Shown here piece by piece: positions 1-11,683 of a DNA stretch of 64,000 nt; within the stretch, counting starts at the first letter, position 1; each line of letters begins with the position of its first letter. The stretch lies in assembly GCA_963725865.1 (NCBI GenBank), contig CAVSAC010000012.1, positions 256,001 to 320,000 on the forward strand, in the 5' to 3' direction. Made by a program: the position numbers and the translations under genes. A model generated the notes under the pieces. The model saw only the letters and a list, made by a program, of their open reading frames with translations, was not told the origin of the DNA and did no database searches. This DNA comes from Candidatus Eiseniibacteriota bacterium. Lineage in GTDB: Bacteria; Eisenbacteria; RBG-16-71-46.

Positions 1-337
1 CGGCATGTCGCGCGACTCCGAAGTACTGTCGGCGCGCGCGAAGGACCCGCTGGTGCACGATCGCATCAGCCCCCGGCTCTACTTCGAGTTCAACGAGGCG
101 CGCCAGCGCGTGCTGCGCGACGCCCGGCGGCTCGCGGTGCCGGCGCTGCTGCTGCACGGCGCGGCCGACCGCGTGGCGGATCCCCGGGGCTCGCTCGAGT
201 TCAGCGGCGCCGCGCCGCACGGCATGGTGCGGCTGATCACGTACACGGACGCCTACCACGAGCTGTTCAACGACCTCGGCCGGGCCGCGGTGGTGAAGGA
301 CCTGGTCAGCTGGCTCGACGCGGTGCTGGTGGTCTAG
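1..337 (+). CDS. Alpha/beta hydrolase (lysophospholipase/monoglyceride lipase-like), C-terminal part; 5' end lies outside the window
   Basis: Motifs PALLLHGAADRV and AYHELFND match the catalytic Asp/His region of Hydrolase_4 enzymes. Confidence 0.85.
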   Translation, partial: GMSRDSEVLSARAKDPLVHDRISPRLYFEFNEARQRVLRDARRLAVPALLLHGAADRVADPRGSLEFSGAAPHGMVRLITYTDAYHELFNDLGRAAVVKDLVSWLDAVLVV

Positions 338-343
338 CGTCGC

Positions 344-1948
344 TCAGGCGGCCGACGCGGCCGGCGCCACCGCGCGCGCGGGCAGCGTCATCGTCACGGC
401 CAGTTCGCCGGCGGCCGTGCGCTGGCTGCGCAGCTCGCCGCCGTGGAGCTCCACCAGGTCGCGGATCAGCAGCATCCCCCAGCCGATCGCGTCGACGTGG
501 GCCGGCGCGGCGCCGAACCCGGCCGGCGCGGCCTCGGGCGCGAAGTAGCCGGCGCTGGGGTCGCGCGTGAAGCGCAGCTCGAGCGTGGCCCACGCCTGGC
601 CGGCGTCGTCCACGTGGTGGTGGGTCTCGGCGGCGATCGGCGCCCCGGGCGTGCTGACCCGCACCGCGCCCGCCAGCAGGTGGCGCACGGCGGCGTGCAG
701 CTTCGCGAGGTCCATCCAGACCGCCGGCACGTCGGGGTCGAGCACCAGCGCCATCGCGACCGCCTTGCGCTCGGTGCGGCCGCTCAGCGCGACGACGCTG
801 TCGTGCACCAGCTGGTTGAGCGAGCCGGGCACGGTCTCGAACGTCACCTCGCTCGCCTCGAGCGAGTAGAGGCCGTGCAGGTCGTCGATGCTCTCGAGCA
901 TGCGGCTGGCCTGCTCGCCCAGCGCGTTCGTGAAGGTGTGGCGGTCGAGGTCGCCGACCTGCCCGCGCGGATCGCGCAGCAGCTCGGCGTAGCCCATCAG
1001 CGAGGCGAGCGGATTGCGCAGCTCGTGGTTGAGCGCGCACAGGAACTCGCGCCGCAGGCGGTGCATGCGTTCGAGCGCCGAGGTGCGGCGATCGCGCGCG
1101 GCGAAATCGCCGATGCGGCGCACCGTGATCGCGAGGTGCTCGGCGAACGGCACCAGCAGGCGGGCGTCCTCGTCCTGGAACGGCGGCCGACCGGCCAGGC
1201 GCGTGACGTTGAGCACGCCCACCACGCGATCCGCGAGCAGCATCGGCACGCACACCGCGGAGTCGATACCGCGCCACACCTTCTCCTCGCCCGGGAAGCG
1301 CCCGGCCATCTCCGAGGTATGGATCACGGTCGCCTGGCGCGACGCGGCGACCCGGCCGGCGACGCCCTCGCCCATGCGCACCACGGACTCGCGCACCACC
1401 GCGCCGTCGGCGCCGGAGACCGCCTGGCAGCGCAGCTCCTGGCTCTCCGGGTCGAGCAGCATGATCGAGGCCTCGTCCGCCTCGAGACAGGGCAGGAGCC
1501 GGTGCGTGATGGTCTCGAGCACCGGCTCCAGCTCCAGCTCGAGATGGAGCCGCGCGGTCACGTCGAACAGCGCGATGATCTCGGAGAGCCGCGAGTCGAG
1601 CGCGGTCGCCCGCACGTGCTCGGCGAGCAGGCGGCGTGTCAGCGCGGCGACCCGCTGTTGCTGGAGCAGGGCGTAGAGCGAGAACAGCACGAGCAGGCCA
1701 CCGAGCCCCACGAACATCTGCAGTCGGGTCTCGGGGTCGGGACTGCCCTCGACACCGGCCCGCCACTCGGCCAGGGACAGCAGCCCGACCGCCAGCCCGA
1801 GGCCGAGCATCAGCGCGGTGCTGAGGCCCCAATTCGCGAGCCAGCGATGCGACATCGCGCGCAGAACGCGCTCGTCACCCGCCGGCGGCGCCGGTGTCCG
1901 AGGTAGGGAGGGCATGTCCCCGGCGGTATCGGCATGCCGGACGGCCAC
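344..1948 (-). CDS. Membrane-anchored GAF-domain sensor histidine kinase-like protein with a degenerate ATPase domain; start uncertain (1948 or 1915)
   Basis: Two N-terminal hydrophobic helices, a GAF domain (GEGVAGRVA, SAVCVPM, VVGVLNV), H-box LNHELRNPL, and C-terminal GWGMLLIRDLVELHGGEL. Confidence 0.8.
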   Translation of the reverse strand: MAVRHADTAGDMPSLPRTPAPPAGDERVLRAMSHRWLANWGLSTALMLGLGLAVGLLSLAEWRAGVEGSPDPETRLQMFVGLGGLLVLFSLYALLQQQRVAALTRRLLAEHVRATALDSRLSEIIALFDVTARLHLELELEPVLETITHRLLPCLEADEASIMLLDPESQELRCQAVSGADGAVVRESVVRMGEGVAGRVAASRQATVIHTSEMAGRFPGEEKVWRGIDSAVCVPMLLADRVVGVLNVTRLAGRPPFQDEDARLLVPFAEHLAITVRRIGDFAARDRRTSALERMHRLRREFLCALNHELRNPLASLMGYAELLRDPRGQVGDLDRHTFTNALGEQASRMLESIDDLHGLYSLEASEVTFETVPGSLNQLVHDSVVALSGRTERKAVAMALVLDPDVPAVWMDLAKLHAAVRHLLAGAVRVSTPGAPIAAETHHHVDDAGQAWATLELRFTRDPSAGYFAPEAAPAGFGAAPAHVDAIGWGMLLIRDLVELHGGELRSQRTAAGELAVTMTLPARAVAPAASAA

Positions 1949-1972
1949 CTTGATGATGGACGCCGCGGGGAC

Positions 1973-2137
1973 TCACTCCAGCGGGGGCGGACCCTCGGGA
2001 GCGTCGGACGGCTTTCGGCGCTCACCCGGAGCGCACGCGTCGGGGCGCGCTCAGGTCGGCACGCCCAGCCGGGGCAGCAGCCACGCCTGGAGCACCCACC
2101 ACGCGACGATCACGCCCGCCAACGGCAGCCAGTCCAT
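1973..2137 (-). CDS. Small membrane peptide absent from the ORF track: 28 aa up to a UGA at 2051-2053, or 54 aa if the UGA is read as selenocysteine (candidate)
   Basis: GGAGGTGAC precedes ATG at 2137. Translation: MDWLPLAGVIVAWWVLQAWLLPRLGVPT-(UGA)-ARPDACAPGERRKPSDAPEGPPPLE-stop. A GCGCTC-CGGGT-GAGCGC hairpin starts 16 nt after the UGA. Confidence 0.6.
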
Positions 2138-2183
2138 GTCACCTCCGCACGATGGGAGACACGTCGTGGTCAAGAGGATTCCG

Positions 2184-3256
<1,073 letters not shown>

Positions 3257-3260
<4 letters not shown>

Positions 3261-4057
3261 GCGCGGCCTCCGAACGTGCCGCGCGGGGCGGCACGCAGCC
3301 CGAGCAGCAGGGCGAACGACATCGCCAGCAGCAACACCGACAGCACCACCGCCGCGTCGAGGTCGCTCTGCATCTGCACGTAGACCGCGATCGGCATGGT
3401 CTGGGTCACCCCGGGGCGGTTGCCGGCGAACGTGATGGTGGCGCCGAACTCCCCCAGCGCGCGCGCGCCGGCCATCGCCGCACCCGCCATCACGGCGGGG
3501 GCCGCGAGTGGGAGCGTGACGCGCAGGAAGGTGCGCGACTCCGAAGCGCGCAGCGTGGCGGCCACCTCGTGGTAGCGCGGGTCGACCCCGTCGAATCCGG
3601 CGCGGGCGGCGGCGATGAAGAACGGCGCCGCCATGAACGCCTGCGCGACCACCACGCCGAGCGTGGTGAACGGGAGCGTGATCCCGAGTGCCGCGAGCGC
3701 GCCGCCCGCGAGGCCCATGCGTCCGAACGCCATCAAGAGCCCGAACCCGGCGACCGTGGGCGGCAGCACCATCGGGAGCAGCACCAGCGCCTCGAGCACG
3801 CGCTTGCCGGGGAAGGAGCGCGCCGACAGCAGCCACGCCACCGGCAGGCCGAGCGCCACCACCACCGCGGTGGCGGCGACGCTGGTGACGAGCGACAGTC
3901 CGAGCGCCGCCCGCACCGCGGGATCGCCCAGCCGCGCGAGGAACGTGGCGGGGGCGACCCGCAACACCATCGCGACCACCGGCAATGCCAGCAGGACGAG
4001 CAGCAGGACGATCGCAAGCGCGACCGCCCCGCGCAGCAGCGCGCGCGCGGGCGTCAC
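3257..4057 (-). CDS. modB: Molybdate ABC transporter permease
   Basis: LPMVLPPTVAGFGLL, ARALGEFGATITFAGNRPGVTQTMP; lies between modA and modC. Confidence 0.92.
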
Positions 4058-4920
4058 GGCGCCGGCGGCGGATCGAACGCGTGCCGCGCGAGCACCGCCT
4101 GGCCTTCGGGGGAGCGCACCAGCGCCACGAACGCCCGCGCCGCCTCGCCCTGGGGCGCGTGGGCGAACGTGGCGATCGGGTAGTCCGCGGTCACGTTCGC
4201 GCCGGCGGGCACCTCGAGCGTGCGCACGAAGCGCGCGACCGCGCGCGAGACGTCGGAGCGATACACGATCCCGGCGTCGGCCTCGCCGAGGCGCACCTTG
4301 CCCACGACGCCCTTCACGTTGTCCTCCTCGGACACCACGTTCGCCAGCGCGCGGCGCGTGAAGTCGACGGGCATGCCCGGCTCCCGGCCGAGATTCGCCA
4401 GCAACTGCCGCGCGTAGCGGCCGACCGGCACCGCGTCGGCCGCGATCACCAGCTTGACGCCGCCGCGCGCGAGGTCGCGCAGGCTGCCGATGCGGGCCGG
4501 GTTGGTGGCGGGAACGATGACGGCGAGACGATTGCGGGCGAAGGCAACCGGCTCGCCGTCGAGCAGGCCGCGACTGGCGACGTCGCGCATCCAGCGCTCG
4601 TCGGCCGAGGCGAACACGTCCGCGCGCGCGCCCTGCGCGAGCTGCGCTGCGAGCTGCTGCGAGCCCGCGAACGAGAAGCGCACCGCGATGCCGGGGTGCG
4701 AGCGTTCGAAGCGCGCGCCCAGTTCCGTCAACGGCTCGGCGAGCGAGGCCGCGGCGAACACGACGAGCGTGGTGGAGGGCGCCGCCGCGCGCGCCGGCGC
4801 GGCGGATGCCGGGCCCGCGAGCGCCATCGGCATCGCGAGCGCCGCCAGAGTCGCCAGGGCCACCGCGACGGTGAGCCGCGGGCGCGTCGGCCGTCCGCTG
4901 GGGAAAGCGCGCGCGCTCAT
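4054..4920 (-). CDS. modA: Molybdate ABC transporter substrate-binding protein
   Basis: Signal peptide, then VFAAASL, FAGSQQLAAQ, ADVFASAD, VPVGRYA, GEADAGIVYRSD. Confidence 0.93.
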   Translation of the reverse strand: MSARAFPSGRPTRPRLTVAVALATLAALAMPMALAGPASAAPARAAAPSTTLVVFAAASLAEPLTELGARFERSHPGIAVRFSFAGSQQLAAQLAQGARADVFASADERWMRDVASRGLLDGEPVAFARNRLAVIVPATNPARIGSLRDLARGGVKLVIAADAVPVGRYARQLLANLGREPGMPVDFTRRALANVVSEEDNVKGVVGKVRLGEADAGIVYRSDVSRAVARFVRTLEVPAGANVTADYPIATFAHAPQGEAARAFVALVRSPEGQAVLARHAFDPPPAP

Positions 4921-5315
4921 GGCTGCCCCGGCTTGGCGATCATCACCTCGGTGGACTTGATCACCGCGTACACCGTGTCGCCGACCTTCAGCCCGAGGCG
5001 GTCGGCGGAGGAGCGCGTGATGATCGAGATCAGCGTCTGATCGCCGATGCGAAGCGCGACCTCGGCCATCACTCCGTCGCCGTGCACCCGCTCGATCACG
5101 CCGAGCAGGTTGTTGCGCGCGCTCAGCAACTCGAGTCCGACCGGCGCCGCCGGTGCGCGTGGCCCACCCAGCAGCCGGTCGATGTCGGCGCGCCGGAACA
5201 GCCACTTGCGGCCGACGCGCGCGGCCGGCAGGCGGCCGTCGCGCGCCATCGCCTGGACCCGCTTGGCGTGCAGATGGAGAAGCGCTGCGGCCTGCTCGAC
5301 GGTGATCGTGTCCAT
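4917..5315 (-). CDS. Excisionase-like HTH plus TOBE/Mop domain protein, probable molybdate-responsive regulator
   Basis: HTH_17-like TVEQAAALLHL...LPAARVGRKWLF followed by Mop motif LSARNNLLG...VYAVIKSTEVMI; first gene of the mod operon. Confidence 0.88.
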   Translation of the reverse strand: MDTITVEQAAALLHLHAKRVQAMARDGRLPAARVGRKWLFRRADIDRLLGGPRAPAAPVGLELLSARNNLLGVIERVHGDGVMAEVALRIGDQTLISIITRSSADRLGLKVGDTVYAVIKSTEVMIAKPGQP

Positions 5316-5429
5316 GGAGACCCTCGACTTGAGACCGATAGGATCGTCGGCTAGATTACCCTGCGTTCCAGATGCGGCAATATTCGGATACGCAAGGGAA
5401 CAAAGCAACCCTTCATCAGGAGGATCCGG

Positions 5430-6449
5430 ATGCACGGGGAACCGAAGGCGCCGCGCACGCCCTGGTGGGAGATGGCACTCGCGGTCGCGCTGGCGGCAGC
5501 AGCCGCCACGCCGTCGACGGCCTCGGAGCGCGATTCCATTCTCATCGCGCCGGGGGTTCCGCCGCTGGTTCCCGCGCTCGCCGCGCCCAGGGTGGGCGGC
5601 TACCTCCAGGCGCGCTCGACCGCGCAGGCGCACGTCGGGCTCACGAACACGCTCAATCGCGCTCGCTTCTCGATCGACGGCGCGCTGCCGGCGCGCTTCT
5701 CGTACCGGCTACTGGTGGAGCTCGAGGCCTCCGCCGGCGCGCGGAGTCCATCGACTCCGAGTCTGCGCGAGGCGTACGCGCGCTGGAGCGCGGCGCCGTT
5801 CACGATGTCGGCGGGGCAGATGAAGGCTCCGTTCACGCGCGAGTACCTGATCGCCGTCTCGTCGCTCGAAACCCCCGACCTGCCGGTCGCGGTCGACTCG
5901 CTGGCGCCCAAGTACGACCTCGGCGTGCTGGCGGAGTACGCGGCGGGCACCTGGGCCACGCTCGCGCTCGGCGCGTTCAACGGCGAGGGACAGAACGCCT
6001 CGGCCAACCGCGACTCCACGGTGCTGTGGGTGGCGCGCGCCACGGTGGTGCCGCTGCCGATGCTGGGGCTCGGTGGCAGCGTGACCCACGAGGGTCCCGA
6101 CAGCCTGCGCTGGGGCGTCGACGGGAGCATCGATTACCTCGGCGTGATGGTGCGCGCCGACTATCTGACGCGGCACCGGCGTGGGCGCGCGCGCGATCTC
6201 GACGACGCCGGCTGGAGCGTGCTCGCCGGCTACCGCGTGACGCCGCGCGTCCAGGCGCTGGGACGTCTCGAGCAATTCGAGCGCCCGTGGATCGGGCCCG
6301 CGCGCCGCATCCGCGGCACCGACGTGGGCGTGAACGTCGAGCTGGCCCCGAGCCGGGTGCGGCTGACCGTCTACGGGATCCGGCGCACGACGGGCAAGCC
6401 GCGCAAGAGCGCCGACACGGCGGTCGCACAGCTCCAGGTGCGCTGGTAG
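5430..6449 (+). CDS. OprO/OprP-like anion-selective outer-membrane porin
   Basis: RBS AGGAGG, signal-like segment, VGGYLQAR, LREAYARW, GQMKAPFTRE, GAFNGEG, and a C-terminal aromatic strand QLQVRW. Confidence 0.75.
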   Translation: MHGEPKAPRTPWWEMALAVALAAAAATPSTASERDSILIAPGVPPLVPALAAPRVGGYLQARSTAQAHVGLTNTLNRARFSIDGALPARFSYRLLVELEASAGARSPSTPSLREAYARWSAAPFTMSAGQMKAPFTREYLIAVSSLETPDLPVAVDSLAPKYDLGVLAEYAAGTWATLALGAFNGEGQNASANRDSTVLWVARATVVPLPMLGLGGSVTHEGPDSLRWGVDGSIDYLGVMVRADYLTRHRRGRARDLDDAGWSVLAGYRVTPRVQALGRLEQFERPWIGPARRIRGTDVGVNVELAPSRVRLTVYGIRRTTGKPRKSADTAVAQLQVRW

Positions 6450-6516
6450 GGTGGTCGGGCGGGCGACAGCGCGGGGACCGCGCGGGGGTGTCGGCGCGCG
6501 CTCGCTGCCGCGGACC

Positions 6517-8016
6517 TCAGCTCCGCGGCGCGGCGAGCAGCGTGGCGACGGCGCGGCGCCAGCGCGCCAGCTCCGCGCGCCGCCACGCCGCCGGTCGCCG
6601 CGGCCGGAACACGCGTTCCACCCGCCGCGCGCGGTCGAGGTCGCGGTGCGAGGTCCACAGCCCGACGCCGAGGCCCGCGAGCAATCCGGCACCGAGCGCG
6701 GTGGTGTCGAGCACCCGCGGGCGCTCCACCGGGATGCCGAGCACGTCGGCCTGGTACTGCATCAGCAGGGCGTTCGCCGCGGCGCCGCCGTCGACGCGCA
6801 GGACGCGCAGCCGCGCGCGCGCGTCGTGCGCCATCGCCTCGACCAGCTCGGCGCTCTGCAGCGCGATCGACTCGAGCGCCGCGCGCGCCAGGTGCGCCCG
6901 CGTGGTCCCGCGCGTGAGGCCGAACAGCGCCCCGCGCACGTCGGCGCGCCAGTGCGGGGCGCCGAGCCCCACGAACGCCGGCACCAGCGTCACGCCGCCG
7001 CTGTCGGGCACCGAGCGCGCGAGCGTCTCGCTCTCGGCGGCGGTCGCGATCGTGCCGAGCCCGTCGCGCAGCCACTGGATCGCCGCTCCCGCGATGAACA
7101 CGCTGCCTTCGAGCGCGTAGGCGGGGCCGCCGTCGGCGTCGCAGGCCACCGTGGTGAGCAGCCCGGCGCGCGAGGCGACGCGCCGGGCACCGGTGTGGAG
7201 CAGCAGGAAGCAGCCGGTGCCGTAGGTGTTCTTGGAGCGCCCGGCGGCCACGCACCCCTGCCCGAAGAGCGCCGCCTGCTGGTCGCCCGCCACGCCCGCG
7301 ATCGGGATGCCGTCGGGCAGCCCCGCCACGCCGCGGGTCGCGCCGAAGTCACCACTCGAGCGCCGCACTTCGGGCAGCAGCGCGCGCGGCACCCCGAAGC
7401 GCGCGAGCAGCTCGTCGTCCCACCGCCGCCGTCCGATGTCGTAGAGCATCGTGCGCGAGGCATTGGTGGGGTCGGTGGCGTGCACGGCGCCGTTCGTGAG
7501 CTTCCACAGCAGCCAGCTGTCGACGGTGCCGAACGCGAGCGCGCCGCGCGCCGCGCGGGCCGCGAGGGTGCGGGAATGCCGCAGCATCCACTCGAGCTTG
7601 GTGGCGGAGAAGTAGGGATCGAGCACCAGTCCGGTGCGCCGCCGCACCAGCGGCTCGAGCCCGGCGCGCCGCAGCGCCTCGCAGCGCGCGGTGGTGCGCC
7701 GGTCCTGCCACACGATCGCCCGCCCCACCGGCCGGCCGCTGCGACGGTCCCACACCAGCACGGTCTCGCGCTGGTTGGTGATCCCGATCGCCGCCAGCGC
7801 GCGCCCGTCGACGCGCGCGGCGCGCAGCGCGCGCGCGACCGCGGTGCGCACGCTGGTCCAGATCTCCTCGCCGTCGTGCTCGACCCAGCCGGGCCGCGGG
7901 AAGTGCTGAGGCAGTTCCGCGTAGCCGCGCCCGCTCACCTCGCCGCCCCGGGTCAGCACGAGCGCGGTGCTGCCGGTGGTGCCCTGATCGATGGCGAGGA
8001 CCTGGGTCGGCTTCAT
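6517..8016 (-). CDS. glpK: Glycerol kinase
   Basis: [56 protein letters not shown]. Confidence 0.96.
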   Translation of the reverse strand: MKPTQVLAIDQGTTGSTALVLTRGGEVSGRGYAELPQHFPRPGWVEHDGEEIWTSVRTAVARALRAARVDGRALAAIGITNQRETVLVWDRRSGRPVGRAIVWQDRRTTARCEALRRAGLEPLVRRRTGLVLDPYFSATKLEWMLRHSRTLAARAARGALAFGTVDSWLLWKLTNGAVHATDPTNASRTMLYDIGRRRWDDELLARFGVPRALLPEVRRSSGDFGATRGVAGLPDGIPIAGVAGDQQAALFGQGCVAAGRSKNTYGTGCFLLLHTGARRVASRAGLLTTVACDADGGPAYALEGSVFIAGAAIQWLRDGLGTIATAAESETLARSVPDSGGVTLVPAFVGLGAPHWRADVRGALFGLTRGTTRAHLARAALESIALQSAELVEAMAHDARARLRVLRVDGGAAANALLMQYQADVLGIPVERPRVLDTTALGAGLLAGLGVGLWTSHRDLDRARRVERVFRPRRPAAWRRAELARWRRAVATLLAAPRS

Positions 8017-9503
8017 CGGCTCTCCGGGTAGGGGCCGAGCGGGCGCTCGGCCTCGGCGCGCGCTTCGAGCGCGACCGCCAGCTCCGTGCGCTGGCGCTCC
8101 GCGCTCCAGCCGAGCCGCTGCGCCATGCGCTCCGCCACCTGGGGAGCGGCGGCGCGCGCGCGGGGTGGATCGAGCCACAGCGAGGTGCGGCGGCGCAGCA
8201 CGTCGTCGACGCGCCGCGCGAACTCGGACCCGACCGCGAAGTCCACCACGTGGCGCAGCTCGAGGCCGGCGGCGAACGGCGCCGGCAGCGGCGCATCGGT
8301 GTCCTCGATCACGTCGGCCGGCCGCCGCAGCACCGCCAGCGCCCGCCGCAGCGTGTCGTGCGCCATCACGCGGAAGGTCGTGTACTTGCCGCCCGCGATC
8401 GTGAGGATCGGTCCGTCGGCGATCACGCGATGCTCGCGCGAAGCGACTCCCACCGCGCCGGCGCCCGCCAGCAGCGGGCGCACGCCCGCGATCACCGCCC
8501 GCGGCGCGTAGTGCGCCACGCCCGGCAGCGCGCGCGCGAGCTCGGCACGCAGGTAGTGGATCTCCTCGGCGCTCGGCGCCAGCTCCTCAGGCTTCGGCGG
8601 CGAGGCCACCTCGACCTCGGTGGTGCCGACCAGCGCGTGGCCGGGGAGCGGGATCACGAAGAACACGCGGCGATCGTGCCGGGCCACCAGCAGCAGGCCG
8701 TGGCCGCGGGTGAGCGGCGGATACACCAGGTGGGTGCCGCGCGAGGGCCGCAGCAGCGGCACCGGCGGGGCCGCGTTCGGATGCAACCCCGCCAGCAGCT
8801 GCGCGCGCACCGCGTCGACCCAGGGTCCGGCCGCGTTCACCACCACGCGCGTGTGGAACGCCAGCCGCGTGTCCTCCAGCAGATCGTGGCCCTCGATCAG
8901 CACGCGGTTGTCGGACAGCGGGCGCGCCGCGGCCAGTTCGGTGTAGGTGTGCAGCACCGCGCCGTGCGCCGCCGCGTCGCGCGCCACCAGCACGGCGAGC
9001 CGTCCGTCGTCCATCACCACGTCGGAGTAGATCCCGGCGCCGGCGAGCCGCTCGGGCGCCAGCGCGGGCTCGAGCGCCAGCGTCTCCTTCGCGCGCACCA
9101 TCGCCCGCGGCGCGAGTCCGCCGTGGCCCGCCAGCGCGTCGTAGAGCGCCAGGCCGGCCCTCAGCTTCCAGGTCGGCAGCCGGTCGCCGCGGTAGAGCGG
9201 CACCAGGAAGCGCCGCGGGTGCGCGATGCCGGGCGCCATCCGGCCCACCGCCGCGCGCTCGGCCAGTGCCTCGCGCACCAGCCGCAGCCGGCCGTACTCG
9301 AGGTAGCGCAGGCCGCCGTGCAGCATGTGGCTCGACACGCTGCTGGTGCCCGACGCGAGGTCGCCGCGCTCGAGCAGCGCGACGCTCAGCCCGTGACGGG
9401 CCGCCAGGCGGGCCACGCCGAGGCCGGTGATCCCGCCGCCGATGACGACCAGATCGACCGCCCGCGGCGACGCGCGCGGATCTGCGGGGTCAGTGCCGGC
9501 CAC
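8013..9503 (-). CDS. glpD: FAD-dependent glycerol-3-phosphate dehydrogenase
   Basis: [44 protein letters not shown]; adjacent to glpK. Confidence 0.92.
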   Translation of the reverse strand: MAGTDPADPRASPRAVDLVVIGGGITGLGVARLAARHGLSVALLERGDLASGTSSVSSHMLHGGLRYLEYGRLRLVREALAERAAVGRMAPGIAHPRRFLVPLYRGDRLPTWKLRAGLALYDALAGHGGLAPRAMVRAKETLALEPALAPERLAGAGIYSDVVMDDGRLAVLVARDAAAHGAVLHTYTELAAARPLSDNRVLIEGHDLLEDTRLAFHTRVVVNAAGPWVDAVRAQLLAGLHPNAAPPVPLLRPSRGTHLVYPPLTRGHGLLLVARHDRRVFFVIPLPGHALVGTTEVEVASPPKPEELAPSAEEIHYLRAELARALPGVAHYAPRAVIAGVRPLLAGAGAVGVASREHRVIADGPILTIAGGKYTTFRVMAHDTLRRALAVLRRPADVIEDTDAPLPAPFAAGLELRHVVDFAVGSEFARRVDDVLRRRTSLWLDPPRARAAAPQVAERMAQRLGWSAERQRTELAVALEARAEAERPLGPYPESR

Positions 9504-11595
9504 CGGTCGCGGGCTTCACGGGCAGTGGTTGGGCCGGCGGCTTCGCAGCGCTGCCGGCGGTGCGGCCGAGCGTGTACTTCTCGATCCAGTCGAGATGCCA
9601 CTGCATCGCCGACTTCAGCAGCTTCGGCTCGCGCGGCGTGTGCGCCGAGCGTGGCAGCAGCAGCAGGTCGGTCGGCACGCCGAGCTGGCGGAGCGCGTTG
9701 TAGAACTCCCAGCCCTGGCTGGTGGGCACGCGGTCGTCGCTGGTGCCGTGGATGAGCGCGGTCGGAGTCTTCACCCGGTTGGCGTGGAACACCGCCGAGT
9801 GCTCGATGTACGCGGTCGGATCCTCCCAGGGCCACGCGGCGAAGTACGAGCGCGCGAACTCGGGAATGTCGGCGGTGCCCGTGAACGACGCCAGGTCGGT
9901 CACGCCCGCGCCGACGACCGCGGCCTTGAAGCGGTCGGTCTTGGTCACGATGGTCGAGGTCATGAAGCCGCCGTACGACCAGCCGCACACCGCCAGCCGC
10001 GCCGGATCGGCGAGCCCGCGCTGGATGAGCGCGTCGACGCCCGCCATGATGTCGTCGTAGTCCTTGCCGCCCCAGTCGCGCACGTTCGCGGCCCGGAACG
10101 CCTCGCCGTAGCCGCCGCTGCCGCGCGGGTTGGGCAGCAGCACCGCAAAGCCGTCCTGCGCGAGCGCCGCGAACGGGTAGACGCGCTGCATGACCGTGCA
10201 CGTGTAGGAATTGGTGCCGGCGGGCCCGCCGTGGACCACCACCAGCAGCGGCACGCGCGCGCCGGGATGGTAGTCGACCGGGTAGACGAGCAGGCCGTCG
10301 ATGTCCATCCCGCCGGCGCCCTTCCACGTCACGCGCTCCTTGCGGAACGCGAGGAAGTCCTGCGCGGTCGGGTTCACGTCGGTGATGCGCCGCGGTTCGC
10401 CGCCCTCGGGCCGCTTGGGATCGCCGCCGGCGATGCGCTGGAAGTACAGCTCGCGCGGCTCCACGCTCGACTCGCGGGCGTAGACGGCGACGATGCCCTT
10501 GGGATCGATCGACGGGATGCCGTGCACGTAGTCACCGCTCGTGAACTCGACCGGCGGCGTGCCGTCCACGAACGCGCGCAGGATCCGGCGCGCCGGGCCC
10601 CGGTCGCAGACGAAGAACAGCGAGGTGCCGTCGTGGTTCCAGCGCAGCGGGGAGTTGAACGGCGAGACGCGCTCGTCCAGCGACTTCGTCAGGTTCGTCG
10701 GGGCGCCGCCGTCGGGCGAGACGATGCACACGTAGTCGTTCGTGTACCACTCGGTGTCGTGGCCGTCCTGCGAGGCGAACGCGATCCACTTGCCGTCCGG
10801 CGACCACGCCGGATCGGCGTCGGTGCCGGGGCGCACCACCAGCGGCTTCGGCGCCCCGCCGGCGACCGACACGAGGTACAGGTCCGAGCGGTAGGCGTCG
10901 GGCACGAGCGGCGTCGGCTGTGCCGCGAACACCACGCGCTGCCCGTCGGGCGACAGCGAGAACCCGGTGACGTGCAACTCGCTCGTCAGCTGGGTGGCCT
11001 TGTGCGAGGCGACGTCGATCACCCACAGCCGGTTCCACGCGTAGCGATCGGTGGGTCGCCAGGCGTCGTCCTTGTCCTTCTCGCGCTTCTTCTGGTCGTC
11101 GCTCTTCGGCTGGCGGGAGAGATAAGCGATGGTGTTCGAGTCGTGCGACCACTCGAACGCCGATACGCCGCCAGCGGCGTCGGTCACGCACTGCGCCTCA
11201 CCGCCGTCGGTGCGCATCATCCACACCTGGCGCCGGCCCTCGTCGGTGGCGTCGTCCTTGTGGCCCGGGCGCGGGCGCTCCGACAGGAACGCCAGCCAGT
11301 GTCCATCGGGAGACCAGCGCGGCGACTCCTCGTTCTGGTCGGTGAACGTCAGGCGGCGGTGCTCGGCGCCATTGAGGCGCGAGACCCACACGTCGGTCTG
11401 GTAGTCGCTGTGGTCGGCGTTCCAGTCCTGGAGCACGTACGCCACCGAGACCGCGTCGACGTGCACCTGCGGGTCCGAGACCACGCGCACGGCCAGCAGA
11501 TCGTCGAGCGTCCAGCGCTGCATGCCGGCGTGCGCGGCCGCGGCGGGCAGGGACGCGGCGAGGGCGAGCGCGACCAGGAGTCGGCGCGGCGTCAT
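9490..11595 (-). CDS. Secreted S9-family peptidase (prolyl oligopeptidase/acylaminoacyl peptidase)
   Basis: Signal peptide, WSPDG propeller repeats, HGGP, NPRGSGGYG, GWSYGG nucleophile, DDRV, and a C-terminal His. Confidence 0.92.
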   Translation of the reverse strand: MTPRRLLVALALAASLPAAAAHAGMQRWTLDDLLAVRVVSDPQVHVDAVSVAYVLQDWNADHSDYQTDVWVSRLNGAEHRRLTFTDQNEESPRWSPDGHWLAFLSERPRPGHKDDATDEGRRQVWMMRTDGGEAQCVTDAAGGVSAFEWSHDSNTIAYLSRQPKSDDQKKREKDKDDAWRPTDRYAWNRLWVIDVASHKATQLTSELHVTGFSLSPDGQRVVFAAQPTPLVPDAYRSDLYLVSVAGGAPKPLVVRPGTDADPAWSPDGKWIAFASQDGHDTEWYTNDYVCIVSPDGGAPTNLTKSLDERVSPFNSPLRWNHDGTSLFFVCDRGPARRILRAFVDGTPPVEFTSGDYVHGIPSIDPKGIVAVYARESSVEPRELYFQRIAGGDPKRPEGGEPRRITDVNPTAQDFLAFRKERVTWKGAGGMDIDGLLVYPVDYHPGARVPLLVVVHGGPAGTNSYTCTVMQRVYPFAALAQDGFAVLLPNPRGSGGYGEAFRAANVRDWGGKDYDDIMAGVDALIQRGLADPARLAVCGWSYGGFMTSTIVTKTDRFKAAVVGAGVTDLASFTGTADIPEFARSYFAAWPWEDPTAYIEHSAVFHANRVKTPTALIHGTSDDRVPTSQGWEFYNALRQLGVPTDLLLLPRSAHTPREPKLLKSAMQWHLDWIEKYTLGRTAGSAAKPPAQPLPVKPATGGRH

Positions 11596-11683
11596 CGTCA
11601 ACCTCCGGGGGAGTGCGGTGCGATGCGTGCGAGGGATCCAGGCGCGCGGCAGCATAGCACCGAACCGCGGGCGCGCCGTCCGC

